Translations under genes and position numbers: made by a program
The notes under the pieces: model-generated
The model's input: only the letters and a program-made list of their open reading frames with translations
Told to the model about the DNA's origin: nothing
Databases searched by the model: none
Shown: one piece after another, positions 37,634 through 50,867 of the stretch
Layout: each line of letters opens with the position of its first letter
How positions within the stretch are numbered: the first letter of the stretch is position 1
NCBI RefSeq assembly: GCF_006345805.1
Contig: NW_021831752.1
Location: forward strand, 62,001-126,000
From: Octopus sinensis
Taxonomy: Eukaryota
DNA length: 64,000 nt
Direction of reading: 5' to 3'

Positions 37634-39639
37634 GTGTGGACAATTCTCAATAAACTACTATAATTAGTTTACAGGAACAGGCTAATGTTCATAAGAAAGC
37701 TAACGAACCGCACTCTACCTAATAAACTTGGAATGCAACACGAACGAGTGATTATAAGGAATTTGACAGCGCAAACTGTACTTTGTTTATCGTTCATTAA
37801 CGATTTTGTAAGATTAATATGACATTTTATAAAAGTCTTTTGGATAGTTTAAGCTTTATATTGTTTCTTTTTAGTGCATTAGTCTCACAATGAATGCAAG
37901 TTAATCAATACAGTTGCACACGAGCTTATTCAATATTTAAAAAAGGATTTCATGCTGAATGAACACACCAATGTTAGAAACAGTTTAAGTTTTTTTTATG
38001 AATTAATCAATCAAACATTTATTTTAAAGACAAACATCTAATAAAGTATTGGCATTTATATCATTAGTTTAGCCATTTTTGCTCAGTTCTTGTTTTTTAT
38101 GATTACGAATCTGTTTATTCAAAGATAGATTCTGAGGGTACCAAGGTCCTGTATTAGACAAATTTAATTACTTCCCTTGTTACAATTATAAACGTTGCGG
38201 TAAAATACAAATAATAGAAAATCCGTCTAGGTTAAATAGTGTGGTTGTGGCGAACAATTTTATGTAAATTGAAAAAAATTTTGTAATCAAGTCTATTCTT
38301 GTTCAATTTTTTTGAAATTTACTGTTCTGAATAAGTGCTATTTTTGTTGGTCAGTTATTCTAATAAGAAATTTCGTGGTATTAGCAAATATTAGACCATT
38401 TTTTATTTCTACGATTAATCATGGATTATTGATTATTTTTGTATTCAATTGTTTTCAATAGTTTATTCGAACATTTTTTTTATAAATTCGTTTATTTGTT
38501 CAAGATTCGTTACATTTGTATTTAATAATCAATGGAAATAATTATTTGCAGCTTGACTGATAAATTAAATGATAAAAAGAATTAAACAATCATTGAAATG
38601 CATTCTTCTTTAAGACGATTGGCCTATTCTCCACAATATTACGTAATTATATTTATATACTCTACTATTATTTTTTATCAAAAATGTTTTAGAATTATAA
38701 CAGATGTAATGTGTTAGTTATTTTGCAAATGGAATATAGTCCACTGTCCATTATTAAATAATGAATAATAAATCATCAATACTTAATTGGTAATTTAAAA
38801 TTTCTTTGTTCCGCCCAGATTTTAGTGTGGTTATCCACAAAATTAAGCATTTTTAAAGAATCTGGATTTATTTACTGAAAATTCATTTCAATTGAAAATA
38901 ACTTGAGGCAGAACACGTTTTCAGCATTAGAAAGCGTGTTTTCTTGCATAAAACTGCCGTTTCTTGAAGTTTGTGTAGATTTGATAACCATTTTTTCCTA
39001 ACATTATAAAGAATTGCTATGTTTAACATAATCAATTGCTATGTTTCACATAAATCATAAATCAGTGCTGCCATTTAGAGCCATTTTATGTTTAGTGAGA
39101 ACTGCGTTGATTGCTAAAAAATTCGAAGTTGAATTGAAAAAATTTTAAAAATACGATCGGTTCTCTATGAAGCAAAAGTAAAGATTATTCAAATAGTCTT
39201 GACATAGGATGGTCTCAAAATTCGTTAAAAGTTATGTGGATATATAATCCATTAAAAAGGGACAAGGAAATACAAGCTTTTACCACCAATCAACTTCCGG
39301 AACTATCATGCCGCGAGGACAATCAGGTGAAAAATGAGACATTCAATTGGAATTTCTTTTTTGATAAATGAAAATAGGTTGATCGATTATCTCGTAAGAA
39401 AATAACTAGAAAATTTAAACTTGGCAAATTTTAAAAACATTTTAAGTACTTTTTTGGCAGCAAAAGTGTCGGTATAAGAAATCATTTTTTCATATTGCCA
39501 GTATAAGTACAATAAGTAGTTGTTTCGAGCCTTATTTACACATTTTTTTAATACTTTTCGATTATTTTCTTAATTATGGATAATGAGTCCTATGGGATCG
39601 ATTTAGAGCAAATAAATTTGGCAATCGCATGAAATTATA

Positions 39640-42507
39640 ATGCTTCTGGTATTATTATGCCTGTGGATGGGAAAAGGGATTCCAAATTCCGTAGATTTAA
39701 TCGAGACTTTTAATTGTTTTATTGAGAATGGGAATGTCTCAAATATTGCAGTAGTATCCACAGAAATAACACAATCATATTTATCTGCACTAAACAGGAG
39801 TTCATACAATTGCATGGTCAACCAAATCAAACTGCCAATAAATAATTATTACTTAGAAATTCTCCCCAAACTAGACCAGCATTTTGGTACAGTTAACATC
39901 AGTAATACTCTAACGACTGCGAGCGTTATTGGAGAAAGTGAACTACTAAATGTAGTTTCTGCGATCACTCACTATCACGGAATTCCGTTGATTGCGTACA
40001 CTACGGACAATGTAGAGTTTAGTTTGCCTCAGGTAATTGGTGTTGGTTTAAACTTGCAGGACTTACCTGTTACAATAATCAACCACCAAAAATCCACAGA
40101 CATTGAAACGATTCTCACCTTGGTCACAATGAATCCCAAATACACGCCAATTATGTTTTTGATTGATAATGTATACAACAAAAAGTTCGAGAATATGTTC
40201 AATCAGGAGCTTCGGGCAAAGAACATGGCTGTAAGCATTGTGAAAGTTGCAGACAGACAAAGTGGCCTTTCCGTCAATAACGACGAATTAATCCGATACC
40301 TCAAAAACTCGATATACTTTATATTTATTCTCAAAATCGAAAATAACCAAATAAACGAATTAAGTTGCTATTTAAAAGCCAAAGGCTTTCTAACTGACGA
40401 CACCATTTTATTCTATATTGGAGAAAAAATAACTAAAATGAACTGCTACCACCCAATAATAGGAATAGAAAAACATAGCGAAACAACTAATATAACGGAA
40501 ATTTTGCAAATATCGCTTCTTCTCAGTCACATTTTCAATAAAAATTATATTGAATGGAATGCCAAGAACGTTTCGAAAATATACCCATATTCATGGCCCC
40601 GGTTTTTAAAGTAATATTTAGTTTCAGAGGGGCACGCGAGCAGATCAGTACCTTCGAAATAGGAAATATAACATTTGAAATTGATGTTAATGGAAATATT
40701 GCCTACAAAAAAGGAATTGTCCGTTTCTGCATTAACTCCCGTCTTGATTGGATTGAAATTGGGATCATCAATGGCTATAGTAGTAAAACAAAAATAAATA
40801 TCGACAACGTTCTGAACGGATATTTGATGACTGTCCGGAAGGTGCTGCGGGCCGTGACTATAAACGAGGCTCCCTTTATCACTGTGACCGACATCGTAGA
40901 CCAGGAAAGTTGCAAGAATGGAAAGATTTGTCTCAGAGTGGATACCTCCACAAATCAGGAACTTGACGAAATATTTCTGGATTACTTTTGGAGTAGAAAT
41001 AAATTAGAGAAAAAATATTCCGTTTTTTGCTGTATGGGAGTATTTGTTGAATTCTCACAAAGATTGGAGGTCGATCTTAATAAAAGGTAAATTGAAAAGT
41101 CACATGTTAGAATCCACTTTTATCTAAAAACGGACAATGTTTACGGAACTCAGTCTGGAGGGACATGGAATGGGCTGATTAGGGATATTCAGAACGAAAA
41201 TGCCAACTTATCAATTGCTTTGCTAACAATAACTCCTGAACGAAAAACGGTGCCCATTCTTTTATCAGACTGTAGGTAGTCGACTTTATCCGTCCTCTTT
41301 TTCCTTCCAGATATGTGTTTATTACTCGCAAAGTGACAGTAACTCCACCGATTACGGTGATCTTTGAACCATACTCCAAAGAATCTTGGATACTTATTTT
41401 TATGTTATTAATCATCATGAGTACGACCATGGCCCTCGTTGAGTGGAATAGTCCATATGGTTATAATTCCACCAAGAGAAAAAAATATAGCAAATATACA
41501 CTCGGTTTTCTATTTGAATATTTCCCCAGGGTCATCATTCACAATGGCAGTGGCAGTACTAACCGGTCGGAATTTTCCTATCAAGATTCCCAAGGCATGG
41601 TCGACCAAATTTATTCAGTCATGTTGGGCAGCAAGTTGCATAATATTTGTGGCTCAATATACTGCTAATCTGGCTGGATTGTTTGCATACGAGTCGGTGA
41701 AACCAGATTTTATAGGAATTCATGACAAAGAAGTACACGTGGGGAATATAAAAATATATAGTTACTAAAATTCAGAGTTGGATTCATTAAGAACTCGTCC
41801 ATATCGGCACTGTTAACAGATCTGAATCCTCAACTATATAACAGCATACTTCCTAAAAATCTATTTTCGAGAAGTATTGATGGGTTTAAAGCAATGGAGT
41901 ATATTTCCATAAACCAAAATAGGAATAATGAAATTGACGTGTATTTGACAGATGAAACATACATCAAAGCAGGACAGATTTTTTCGGACTGTACATTTCG
42001 GACAAACGGGTACTTTGGTTACAACCATCACGGAATTGCGATTAAGAAGGACAATCCACAAACTGTTTGTTTAATGTTTTTGTTAATGCAGAAACTTATC
42101 GAAAACTTTTTGATATATTACAACGAAAAAGGATTTTACGAGACTTTGATAAACAAATACGAAATTCTTTCCGATTGTGGAAAAAATACAAAAATCGCTA
42201 ATTCGCAGCTTTCAAGTGATGATCACGTGGGGACATTTGTGTGGCTCTACGGAGGAATGGCCATATGCATAGTTATATTACTGATAGAAATTGCTGTGTA
42301 TTATACCCTCATTCCTACCATTCGCAAGTCACAAACTCCTTTTTGGCGAAGCTCGTGGATACAGTTTATTAGCATGGTCATATTATTTAAACATGATCCA
42401 CTTAGAGGACATATAAAATTATCACTGCTTATAAGCTTTCAAAAAGAATGCCAGTCAGGAGTGTGAAATTAAATGACACCCCTAAGGACACCAAAACTAA
42501 CCAATAG
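39640..42507 (+). CDS. GRIN3: NMDA-type ionotropic glutamate receptor subunit, GluN3-like
   Basis: Signal peptide, ATD, AVTINEAPF, CKNGKICL..T....LD.IF, GTWNGLI, ITPERK|VVDF, EWNSPYG, LTGRNFPIKIPKAWSTKF, QYTANLAG, GIHDKE, KNSSI, YLTDE; eight 24-29-nt introns. Confidence 0.85.
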
Positions 42508-42850
42508 TATAACCTAACATGTTAACTTATTTCATTAAGATTTTCGAATAAAGTCATTTACCAGTCCCTAATTTATGTCCCATATAATGTGCTGCCCGAA
42601 TAGCCATTTTTATTAACGTGTGTAAAAAATCCTTTTCTTGTCACCAAATAACTTGTATTCGAATATACACGGAGACAATATGACGTATAAAAAGAATTTA
42701 CACGTCTTATTTAGGCCTAATAAAAAATGTTCCTCTTTGCTCTCAAAAAGTGCGTTCATTTTTCGAGTATCTTTTTGTACTAAAAATGAACTTATTTATT
42801 TAAGAAAACAAATCACTTTAATAGGTATATATTATAATTTAAATGTTTTA

Positions 42851-44607
42851 ATGAGACTTGTTTGTTTCAAACGTGGTTATGGAACATCAATCGGATTAGA
42901 AATTCATGCCCAAATTAGATCATCAACAAAACTTTTCTCAGGAGGAACAGTGCCTCCTGTTGGTCAGTGTAGCCCGAATTCTCACGTAAGCTCGTTCGAC
43001 ATGGCAATCCCAGGCACACTTCCCGTATTCCACCCATTTCATATCATAGACGTTAAACCAGAAATGTGTATTTGCAGCCATACAACTCTCATTGGCTTTA
43101 AAAGCAAAAATTAATAAAAAATCATATTTTGATAGAAAGCAATATTTTTATGGGGATTTACCGGTTCGTTCAGCACACATTAAATTTAGCATGGCTACCA
43201 AATCACCCAAAAGCGGACTCCTCTGGCAGAGGAGGGCCGACTTGAATACTTCCCCAAAACTCTAACCGGAACTATAACTCCTTTATATGCCACTATCAAA
43301 AGTATCATTCTTGAACAGGACACTGCCAAGTCTATTCTGTCAAACGACTCCTCAGTCAGACTTTTAGACTTAAACAGATGTGGTATTCTACTTTAACATT
43401 CCAAAGGAGTTGGTTTACTCGAGATTGTCACTTACCCCGTTTTCTCGTCATCCGAACAGGTCTGCGGATTTCTTCTTGAACTGATGAGTGTAATCAAATC
43501 TCTGGGAATTAGTCGAGCCAGATTGGAGGGTGGAGCTTGTCCGACTATTTTTAGAGGGGGAAATACGTGTCGATGTAAACATATCAGTGGACAAGAATGA
43601 ACCAATTGGGAAAAGAGTGGAAGTGAAGAATCTAAACAGTCTCTTGTCGATATCTCGGGCAATAAGTAACTAAATACTTCTCCATGTGTAGAATATGAAA
43701 ATATGAGACAAAGTAAACTTCTGGAAGCTGGGAAAATTTGGATCAGTGAGACGAGATCATATGACCATGTCACCCGGTTTTTTGAGTTTGCTGACTACAG
43801 ATGTACTGTTCCACTCAGATTGAAGGACGATCACTTTGACTATCGATTCATGCCGGAAACGAATCTCCCGCCTCTAGTAATAGAGGAAAGTGAGGTGTCG
43901 TCCATTCAAAGGCAGTTGGGGTTGACAAATCAAGAATCACGGCAATATCTGATTGAATCTTGTCGACTCTCTCTTCTTCAGTCGATTGAACTGACTGTAC
44001 TTGACTTGTTTATGGTCTTAGAGACATCCCGATTCGCTTTTATTTTTCACTAATATTTGTAAAAAATTCAAAATTCCTGGACAATTTTTATACCGATTGT
44101 TATTCCATTCCACCACGGAATATGTCATTCCACATGACATTGATGACATGTTCATATTTTTGTAATTTTTTTAGAAAGAAACACTCATTGTTTGTAGGAG
44201 CCTTGTCTGTGCTTTTTTATAATGGAAGTATTACAAGACATGTCTTTGTTATGGTTTTATTAAACTGATTTAGTCTAGGCCACCCGGGAGGCGGAATCGT
44301 TCGATGGAAGTTCTCCAGCCGAGGCGACGATGTTTGTCGATAGACTAATAAATCTCAACAACTGGAGAGCATTGGATGAATCTTTTGCTGATGATATGTT
44401 GAAGCATGTCGTCAGTGATATACTAGGCAATAAATCAGCTACTGAGGTATCCCTTGTCTTGTTATAAAATAGGTAAATCGAATACGTAGCGGGAGGAAAT
44501 CTGAAATAAACAACCTAATAAATGATGTGTTGTTATCTGTCAACTACCGTATTAGTGGAGAGTATATTGCCAAATATATTAACAAACATCATTCAATTAC
44601 TAAATAA
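42851..44607 (+). CDS. GATB: Mitochondrial Glu-tRNA(Gln) amidotransferase subunit B; 5' end uncertain
   Basis: [26 protein letters not shown]|[20 protein letters not shown]|[45 protein letters not shown]. Confidence 0.93.
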
Positions 44608-44728
44608 AGATATCATTGTCACTACTAAAAGTGTCTTCGTCAGTTTACATACTCAAATATACTCAAAGTAAATGAAGACAGTTATTCTAGAACAGCAAAT
44701 ACTTGGTTAGCACCACAAAATTAGAATA

Positions 44729-46611
44729 TTAATATGATTTATTATATGGATAGTCGATGAGTGTATTCTTGTTGAAATACACGTAGAGTACTGATATAGT
44801 CGTGACAATTCCCACGACAACACCACATTTATTAACCCCCGGATATCCAAACAGAAAGCAAGACAGAGTGAGCAATGTAGGCAGTGATAGTAGCGTGACC
44901 ATAATCTACAATAAGACCACTAATCAAGCACCACTATCAATCTACTCCACATACTGTCCCGCTCCTGTCTATTGGCAACAAATGCATCACTCACCACTAA
45001 TTTGCCCATAAAATAGTCAAGTGAGTCCTGGAATAAGTACGCTCAAATACCTGTCTTGTTCCATCCATAAAATTATTGAGGACATATCTTCTCATCGAGT
45101 TGGTCAAATCCTTTAACCTTCCTCTCATAGTCCTCCTCCCAAGTCTGGTGAAATCTGTTTTTAGAGCACACGTCCCAGAATATTGGACAGACAGCATATC
45201 AGCGTGATCAGCCCATACTGCCAATACGAGAATAAAAGTACTGTTGGACAGGAGAGAGGAGTCGGAAACAGGAGGAAACCCCATCATGCCCAACTGGGCG
45301 TTTAGCACCCGCACTCCGAGTAAATTCTGAAAGACATTTGTTCTGTCCAGACAGTCGATACAATTTGACCGGATTACGTCGATCTGGTCCCCCAATATAG
45401 TCCCCTCGTTCATTTGAAGGAAACTGGCCTTACAAGTTGAGTTACCTCGGCATTTCCAGACTGTCCACAAAGGACTCCACATTCCGCCAGTTCAATCTCC
45501 TGCACTCTCTGTGAAAGTCGAAAGAAATATATCTCCAAATAAAACAGAAACAAGCCACCTGAGAGTCCCCCGATTATAAGATGGGACAAGAGTAGAAATT
45601 GCCAGTTCGTGATTTCTTCCCAACTCACTTTCCCCTCCCACACGATCCAACAAGTCTACAACGAGAAGACTGTTGAAATTGAGGAGGATTGTCCTGATGT
45701 GGGCATCACACACACTCATCTATCATTTAATCACGCCCAATACGTTGTGGGACACATCCGTCAATTGAAATGCAGGTTTTAATGAAAAATCAGGCACCTG
45801 AGTCCATAGGAGTGGAATGGATCCTCTCAACTGGAATAATCTTTAAAATTACTTGAATAAACGAATAAAGTTCTCCTCTCGACGTAACAATCTGCTCAGT
45901 CTCCACATAATTCCCAACATGCCCCTCTTCGTTGCTTCCCCTGGCATTGAATCGAGTCCCTGCCCTGTTGATAGCTCTGCGTGATATGAGAGAATATTTA
46001 ATAGGATAGGACTCCATATAACACGTACGCACAACTAGGGAATAAAAAAGGAGTATATATACATCCTTGGATGAGTGGCACACAAAAGTAGGCCAGTTCG
46101 GGGACTGCGAGGAAAGGAGTAAGTAAATGTTTATTCCACGTGAATTCGTGGTTGTATTCACATTGTTGGTATTTATATGGCGAGTGAGGTCGTAGTTGTA
46201 TGACAAGTACAATCCTGGTGTGGACATTGCTTGGGAAATGAGTCGACTGGTTGTAGGCGAGTGTTTGCTGAGTGATATCAACTGGTGGGAAGTCACCATC
46301 CAAATATCCGCCGACAAAACCTCCCCGACCTTTTCCTTACCAGTCACCACAACGAGGACTCCGTCTGGGATTAATAAGTGGAGTACCAATGAGACCCACC
46401 ACGGAGGATATGTTTTGGTAGGATATAGGAGCCTCGTTCGGGGATTGCAGGGAGTCTAAGGCGGAGACAATGTGGGTTGATCGGTTGATTAGGACTTTGA
46501 AGGGTTGAAAGTCCTGTGAGACGGTAATCCAGTTAGGGAAGAGTGTTCTAATGGTTTACTGGTAAATCCACGGTACAGTTCGAATTGGGAGTCCACAGAA
46601 GTAGGTTGCAT
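44729..46611 (-). CDS. SACM1L: Phosphoinositide phosphatase SAC1
   Basis: LISRRAINRAGTRF, YVETEQIV, RSNCIDCLDRTNVFQ (CX5R), QYSGTCALKTDFTR, NNFMDGTRQ, two C-terminal TM segments. Confidence 0.95.
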
Positions 46612-46836
46612 ATAATTGATTATTTTAAAATTTGATTTTATTAACTATTAAATAAATATAATAAAATTAATAAATAAAAACTTTGATTTTTATTTAGAAA
46701 TTAGAAAATATTAAATATAATTTAAATGTCAAAATACATTCTTTTCAAAAATAATATTTTTTTAGAATTTACTTATTTTAAATTTGAAATAAAATTAACA
46801 TTTTAATTATTAGATTTTACAATAAATTAACAAGAT

Positions 46837-47935
46837 ATGTTTACCTGTCTTGTGATATTCAGTACACTTACAGTAACTCATTTCATATTTCACCCCATAG
46901 ACCCTCTGCCTCCTCCTGTACTTCAAAACCCCTAAGAATCGATATTCCCAGGACCGTTTCTTTTACCACGGGACAGATATGAAGGAATGGACTCCCTTCC
47001 CCTCAGTCTACGACCCCCCTTCCCTCTACCTGTCTCTAATAATCCCAGCATATAACGAGACACAAAGACGTACCTCTATCTAAGTAAGTCTTCTAGTCCC
47101 CACAATGCTGGAGGAATGTCTCGACTATTTAATCCACCGACGAGACACCTCTGATTCACGTTTTGACTTCGAGGTGATTGTCGTGGACGATGGAAGTGGA
47201 GATTCGACCACTCAGGTGGGTCTTCTCTACACAGAAAAGTACTCCCACGACGTCGTTCGAGTCCTCACCCTCCACACTAACCGCGGAAAGGGAGGTGCAG
47301 TCCGTCAGGTTTATTTTGGCTGAATCACGGAAGGGTGTCCTCTGTGCTCGTGGAAATTACATTTTGTTTGCAGACGCGGACGGGGCCACTCGATTTGGAG
47401 ACGCCTTTGCCCGATTTGAAGAGGTCATTGCCCAGTCTGAGAGTGATTGGCTATTTCTGTGTGCTTCCCGCAATCATGTGGACTCCCAGGCTTCGGTTGT
47501 GTGTTTATTTGAGGTTTTAGAGGTCTTTTTTGAGGAATATTTTGATGGGAGGTTTCCATTTGATTTTGGTGATTGTCGGGGTGGGGAGGGTGGTGAGGGA
47601 CACTCAGTGTGGGTTTAAAATGTTCAGTCGTCGGCTGGCAATCCTGCTCTTCTCAGTCCTCCGTGTGGAGAGATGGTATGGACAGGTTATATTTCAGGGC
47701 ATTCGACGTGGAGCTTATATTCCTGGCGGGGCATTACTCTGCCTTCATTGATATTGACATACACCAAGTGCCTGTCCATTGGACTGAGATTGCTGGGTCG
47801 AAAGTCACGTTTTGGGGGGTCGTGTGTATGGCTGTGGATGTGGTTCTTATTCGACTGAAATATCTACTGAGAATATGGGATATGCCTTCTTTGAACAAAC
47901 TGTATTCATCGACTTATTTGGATGGACTATATTGA
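46837..47935 (+). CDS. ALG5: Dolichyl-phosphate beta-glucosyltransferase
   Basis: LSLIIPAYNE, EVIVVDDGS, NRGKGGAVR, ILFADADGAT, DTQCGFK, AFDVEL, VHWTEIAGSK. Confidence 0.95.
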
Positions 47936-48069
47936 TGGTTGTTTTGTTTTGCTTTCTGCCTTTTATTTATTTACAGTCATATTATTTTTATATTTATATT
48001 ATAATGTGGATCATTTATATTTGAGTGATTATAATTGGTTATCCCGCGCGCTGCTTGTGTAATTCCCTC

Positions 48070-50808
48070 ATGCCGGTTCTGAATGGTTATGACTTTGTTC
48101 CCGCACCTCCTCTCGTTCTATCAGACAATGATCTGATCTTCCACTGCAAATACACTAACGAGTTATACACCGACTATCAGTATGGGCCACTAATATGTCC
48201 AGGAAATATTTCGAGAAGGTTATATTGTCATATGTGCCTGCCTGGAGTTGTCCTGTTCATGAACAAATACGTGTGACATACGCCCAAGCACTCGCCTGTG
48301 AACAAGCCTGCAAACTGGAAGTAAATAAACTCGGAGATCCCCTTATCGCTGGCCTGCTGAGATGTGCTAGAAAACTGTCTCATTCCACAATAACCACAAT
48401 GGCAAGTAAACTCCTAAAAATAGCAAATTCTCGAGTATTTGTGAATGAAAGTGTCATTCTGAACGATGGCACGTATTTATATCATAAATATATTATTTAG
48501 TTCGGGGGTGGTCAAAAGAGTGGCTTCTTCCGATCACTTTTTTTACAACATCGAGACTTCCGGACAGACTTACTGGACATATCAAGTCCCCAGTCGATTA
48601 CATGACACTCTGAGTCTTGCTCGTATCAATTCTCTGCTTAAACTGAACTGGAAACCACAAAAATGTATTAAATCTCCCAAATCGACATCCAAATCTGAAC
48701 GACTGCTGTCCTCGTCTTTAAATGGCCCTCACATAATTAACTTTTATCGTTCTCAAAAGGTGGGATATGTCTCCTCATGTTCTAGAGACGAATCCAACGG
48801 AAACAGATCAAACATTTGAAGAAGAGAGCTAGAATAAAGGAAGACCTTCATTGTGATAACCTGAAGGTACCGAATATTATATATCTGGAGTTGTTGCCAG
48901 ACATGAGCCCGACTGAGGATGTGTTTCCTTATATTGAACTCGCTCATTTCTTTAACAGTCTAAACTTCTTAAAAATGCCATTCAATCTGAGTGTGAGTGA
49001 TGTGAGAGGGGCAGTGGAAGGGGATGACTTGCTCTATTCCCGTCTTCTCTGTTGTCTTGTCCGTTTGGGGGTGAGCGATATTAGATTAGATCACATGTTC
49101 AACACCAATCACTGTACATCTGTCCTTCTATTCTAGATATGAGTCAGACTGCTCTAGACAAGTCAGGACTGTCATCGTTATTCTCAGAATTGCGTAGGAC
49201 AAGGATTCATCTCATTGGTAGGAATATTTAATCACAGTAGAGGACACAATTAGCTGGTCTGTCATCAACCGAGTGACAATCAGCCGGGTAGTCTGGCTGT
49301 ATTGGGCTTTCACTGCTTTCAACTACTGCAAATATCCTACTTCACAAAGCCAATTTGATTTTTCTGGGCAAGGGGCTTTCGACTTTTGTAGAGATCACCC
49401 AGAACTGCTTAGAAAGGTGTCTTCGGGGGATGTTTACTGTCTTTCTCCCAGTTGTGCTGTCTTGGTTAGTCTTAGACGACAAAATGTCACTTTTGAGTAA
49501 ATTATTCCACAATCTGTCGACCGGTTCTGAATTTCGTCAGTTCGTGGATTCCGCACGTGGAAAAAATCGTTTACTGTGCAGTCGTAGTCTGGGGTGTCTT
49601 GGCTATGACAGAATGTACAGGAGATATTGGTTCCTGCCCCCCTACTTCGGAGGTCTCATTGTCGAGTGCTTCGATTCCACTGTGAGTTGTGTTTTTTTTA
49701 TTTCAGCTTGTGTCCCCTTCTTGTTTGGTCCCTCAATTGAAGGTCGATCCTTTTAAGGAGTCGTGGATTTCGTTTGCCCGTCGACATAATATGGAATGCT
49801 TTTTATTCAGACCTGCCAGGAGTCTGCGCTGTCCTCTCTATCAATGTGAATCCAAAGTGGTCAAGAAAAGTGGGAAATCCATTAAAAGACAAATTAATCA
49901 GTGTTTGTCACTAAAATTTTCGAAAATCTCGACTTGTGAAGAATTGAATAAACTCCTGGAGTCCCTCAACCCACGTGGAGTCAGAGAAGGTCGTCTTATA
50001 AAAAATATAACGAGTCTGAAAAGTAAAATATCCGATTCATTCGATTTGTCCGTTCAAAAAACGGGCGAATTCCGTCCACTGAACTCGAAGGAGGACATGA
50101 TCCACGCATTGCACGCACTCGCCTCGGAAATTTTGTTCAGTCAGTTGTATTGCACTATGGTAATGTCCTTGTTACTTTCTCAGAAAAAACATCACCTTCG
50201 TAAGTTGTGGGAGAAATTGTTTTGCTGTTTGATCGGGTTTGTTTTCATTTTTTTAATTTTAGGGGGGGTTTGGAAGACTGGGATGATTCTTCGCTGATTC
50301 GGTTTTTCTTGAGTTCCCTCCATTTTCTGACATCGGTCATCGACCTTCACTTTTTGGCAGATCGTTTGAGTAATTTCGTGTGTTTTATGCGTAGAAGAGT
50401 GTGGGTTTATCAAACACTTGGTCAAACAAAGTTGCCTTTCTAGTTATGTTTAGGAATCGGTCTTTTTTTAAATGATTTGTCGGATGAAAGCAAGTTTGAT
50501 AGTATTGGTAGTATCGCCATATATTCTCATATTTTGTGGTCATTTGTTGATAAAATCCGCTCTAAGGAGTCGAATGACAAGTGCTGTTTGTGTTTCGCTG
50601 ATGACATAAACCTTGTGAAATGCACTGTTTGTATGCGGAGATTCCATATTTCGTGTCTTTTGATTCCGGGTTTCTCGATTGAGGTTGTCCTTTGTCTCCT
50701 ATTTGGCAGGAAGAAGATTCTTGGGTCTGTTTTTTTTGCAATTACTCCAAACTTATGTTTGCTCATTCTGAATTCATTGTTGATAATATTGATGGAGACG
50801 CGATATAA
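48070..50808 (+). CDS. BAZ1A: BAZ1A/ACF1 chromatin-remodelling subunit (WAC, DDT, WHIM/WSD, PHD); no bromodomain seen
   Basis: MPVLNGYDF..PP..L...DLIFHCKYTNE (WAC), VTYAQALACE, LGYDRMYRRYW, LLESLNPRGVREGRL, PHD CCLC..CTVC...HISC..|WVCFFC then stop. Confidence 0.85.
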
Positions 50809-50867
50809 TTAATTTTTTAATTAATTTTGACGTCTTTTTTATTTTGAAATTCTTGTTGGTTTAGAAC

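Noticed and set aside
37800-39600. Long AT-rich gap with faint RT-like or transposase-like traces (~39200-39420)
   Set aside because: Motifs too decayed to assign; no gene model or RNA gene found
29593-50812. Many antisense and alternate-frame ORFs overlapping afadin, NEK10, SAC1, ALG5 and BAZ1A
   Set aside because: Expected shadows of GC-richer coding sequence; no recognisable motifs
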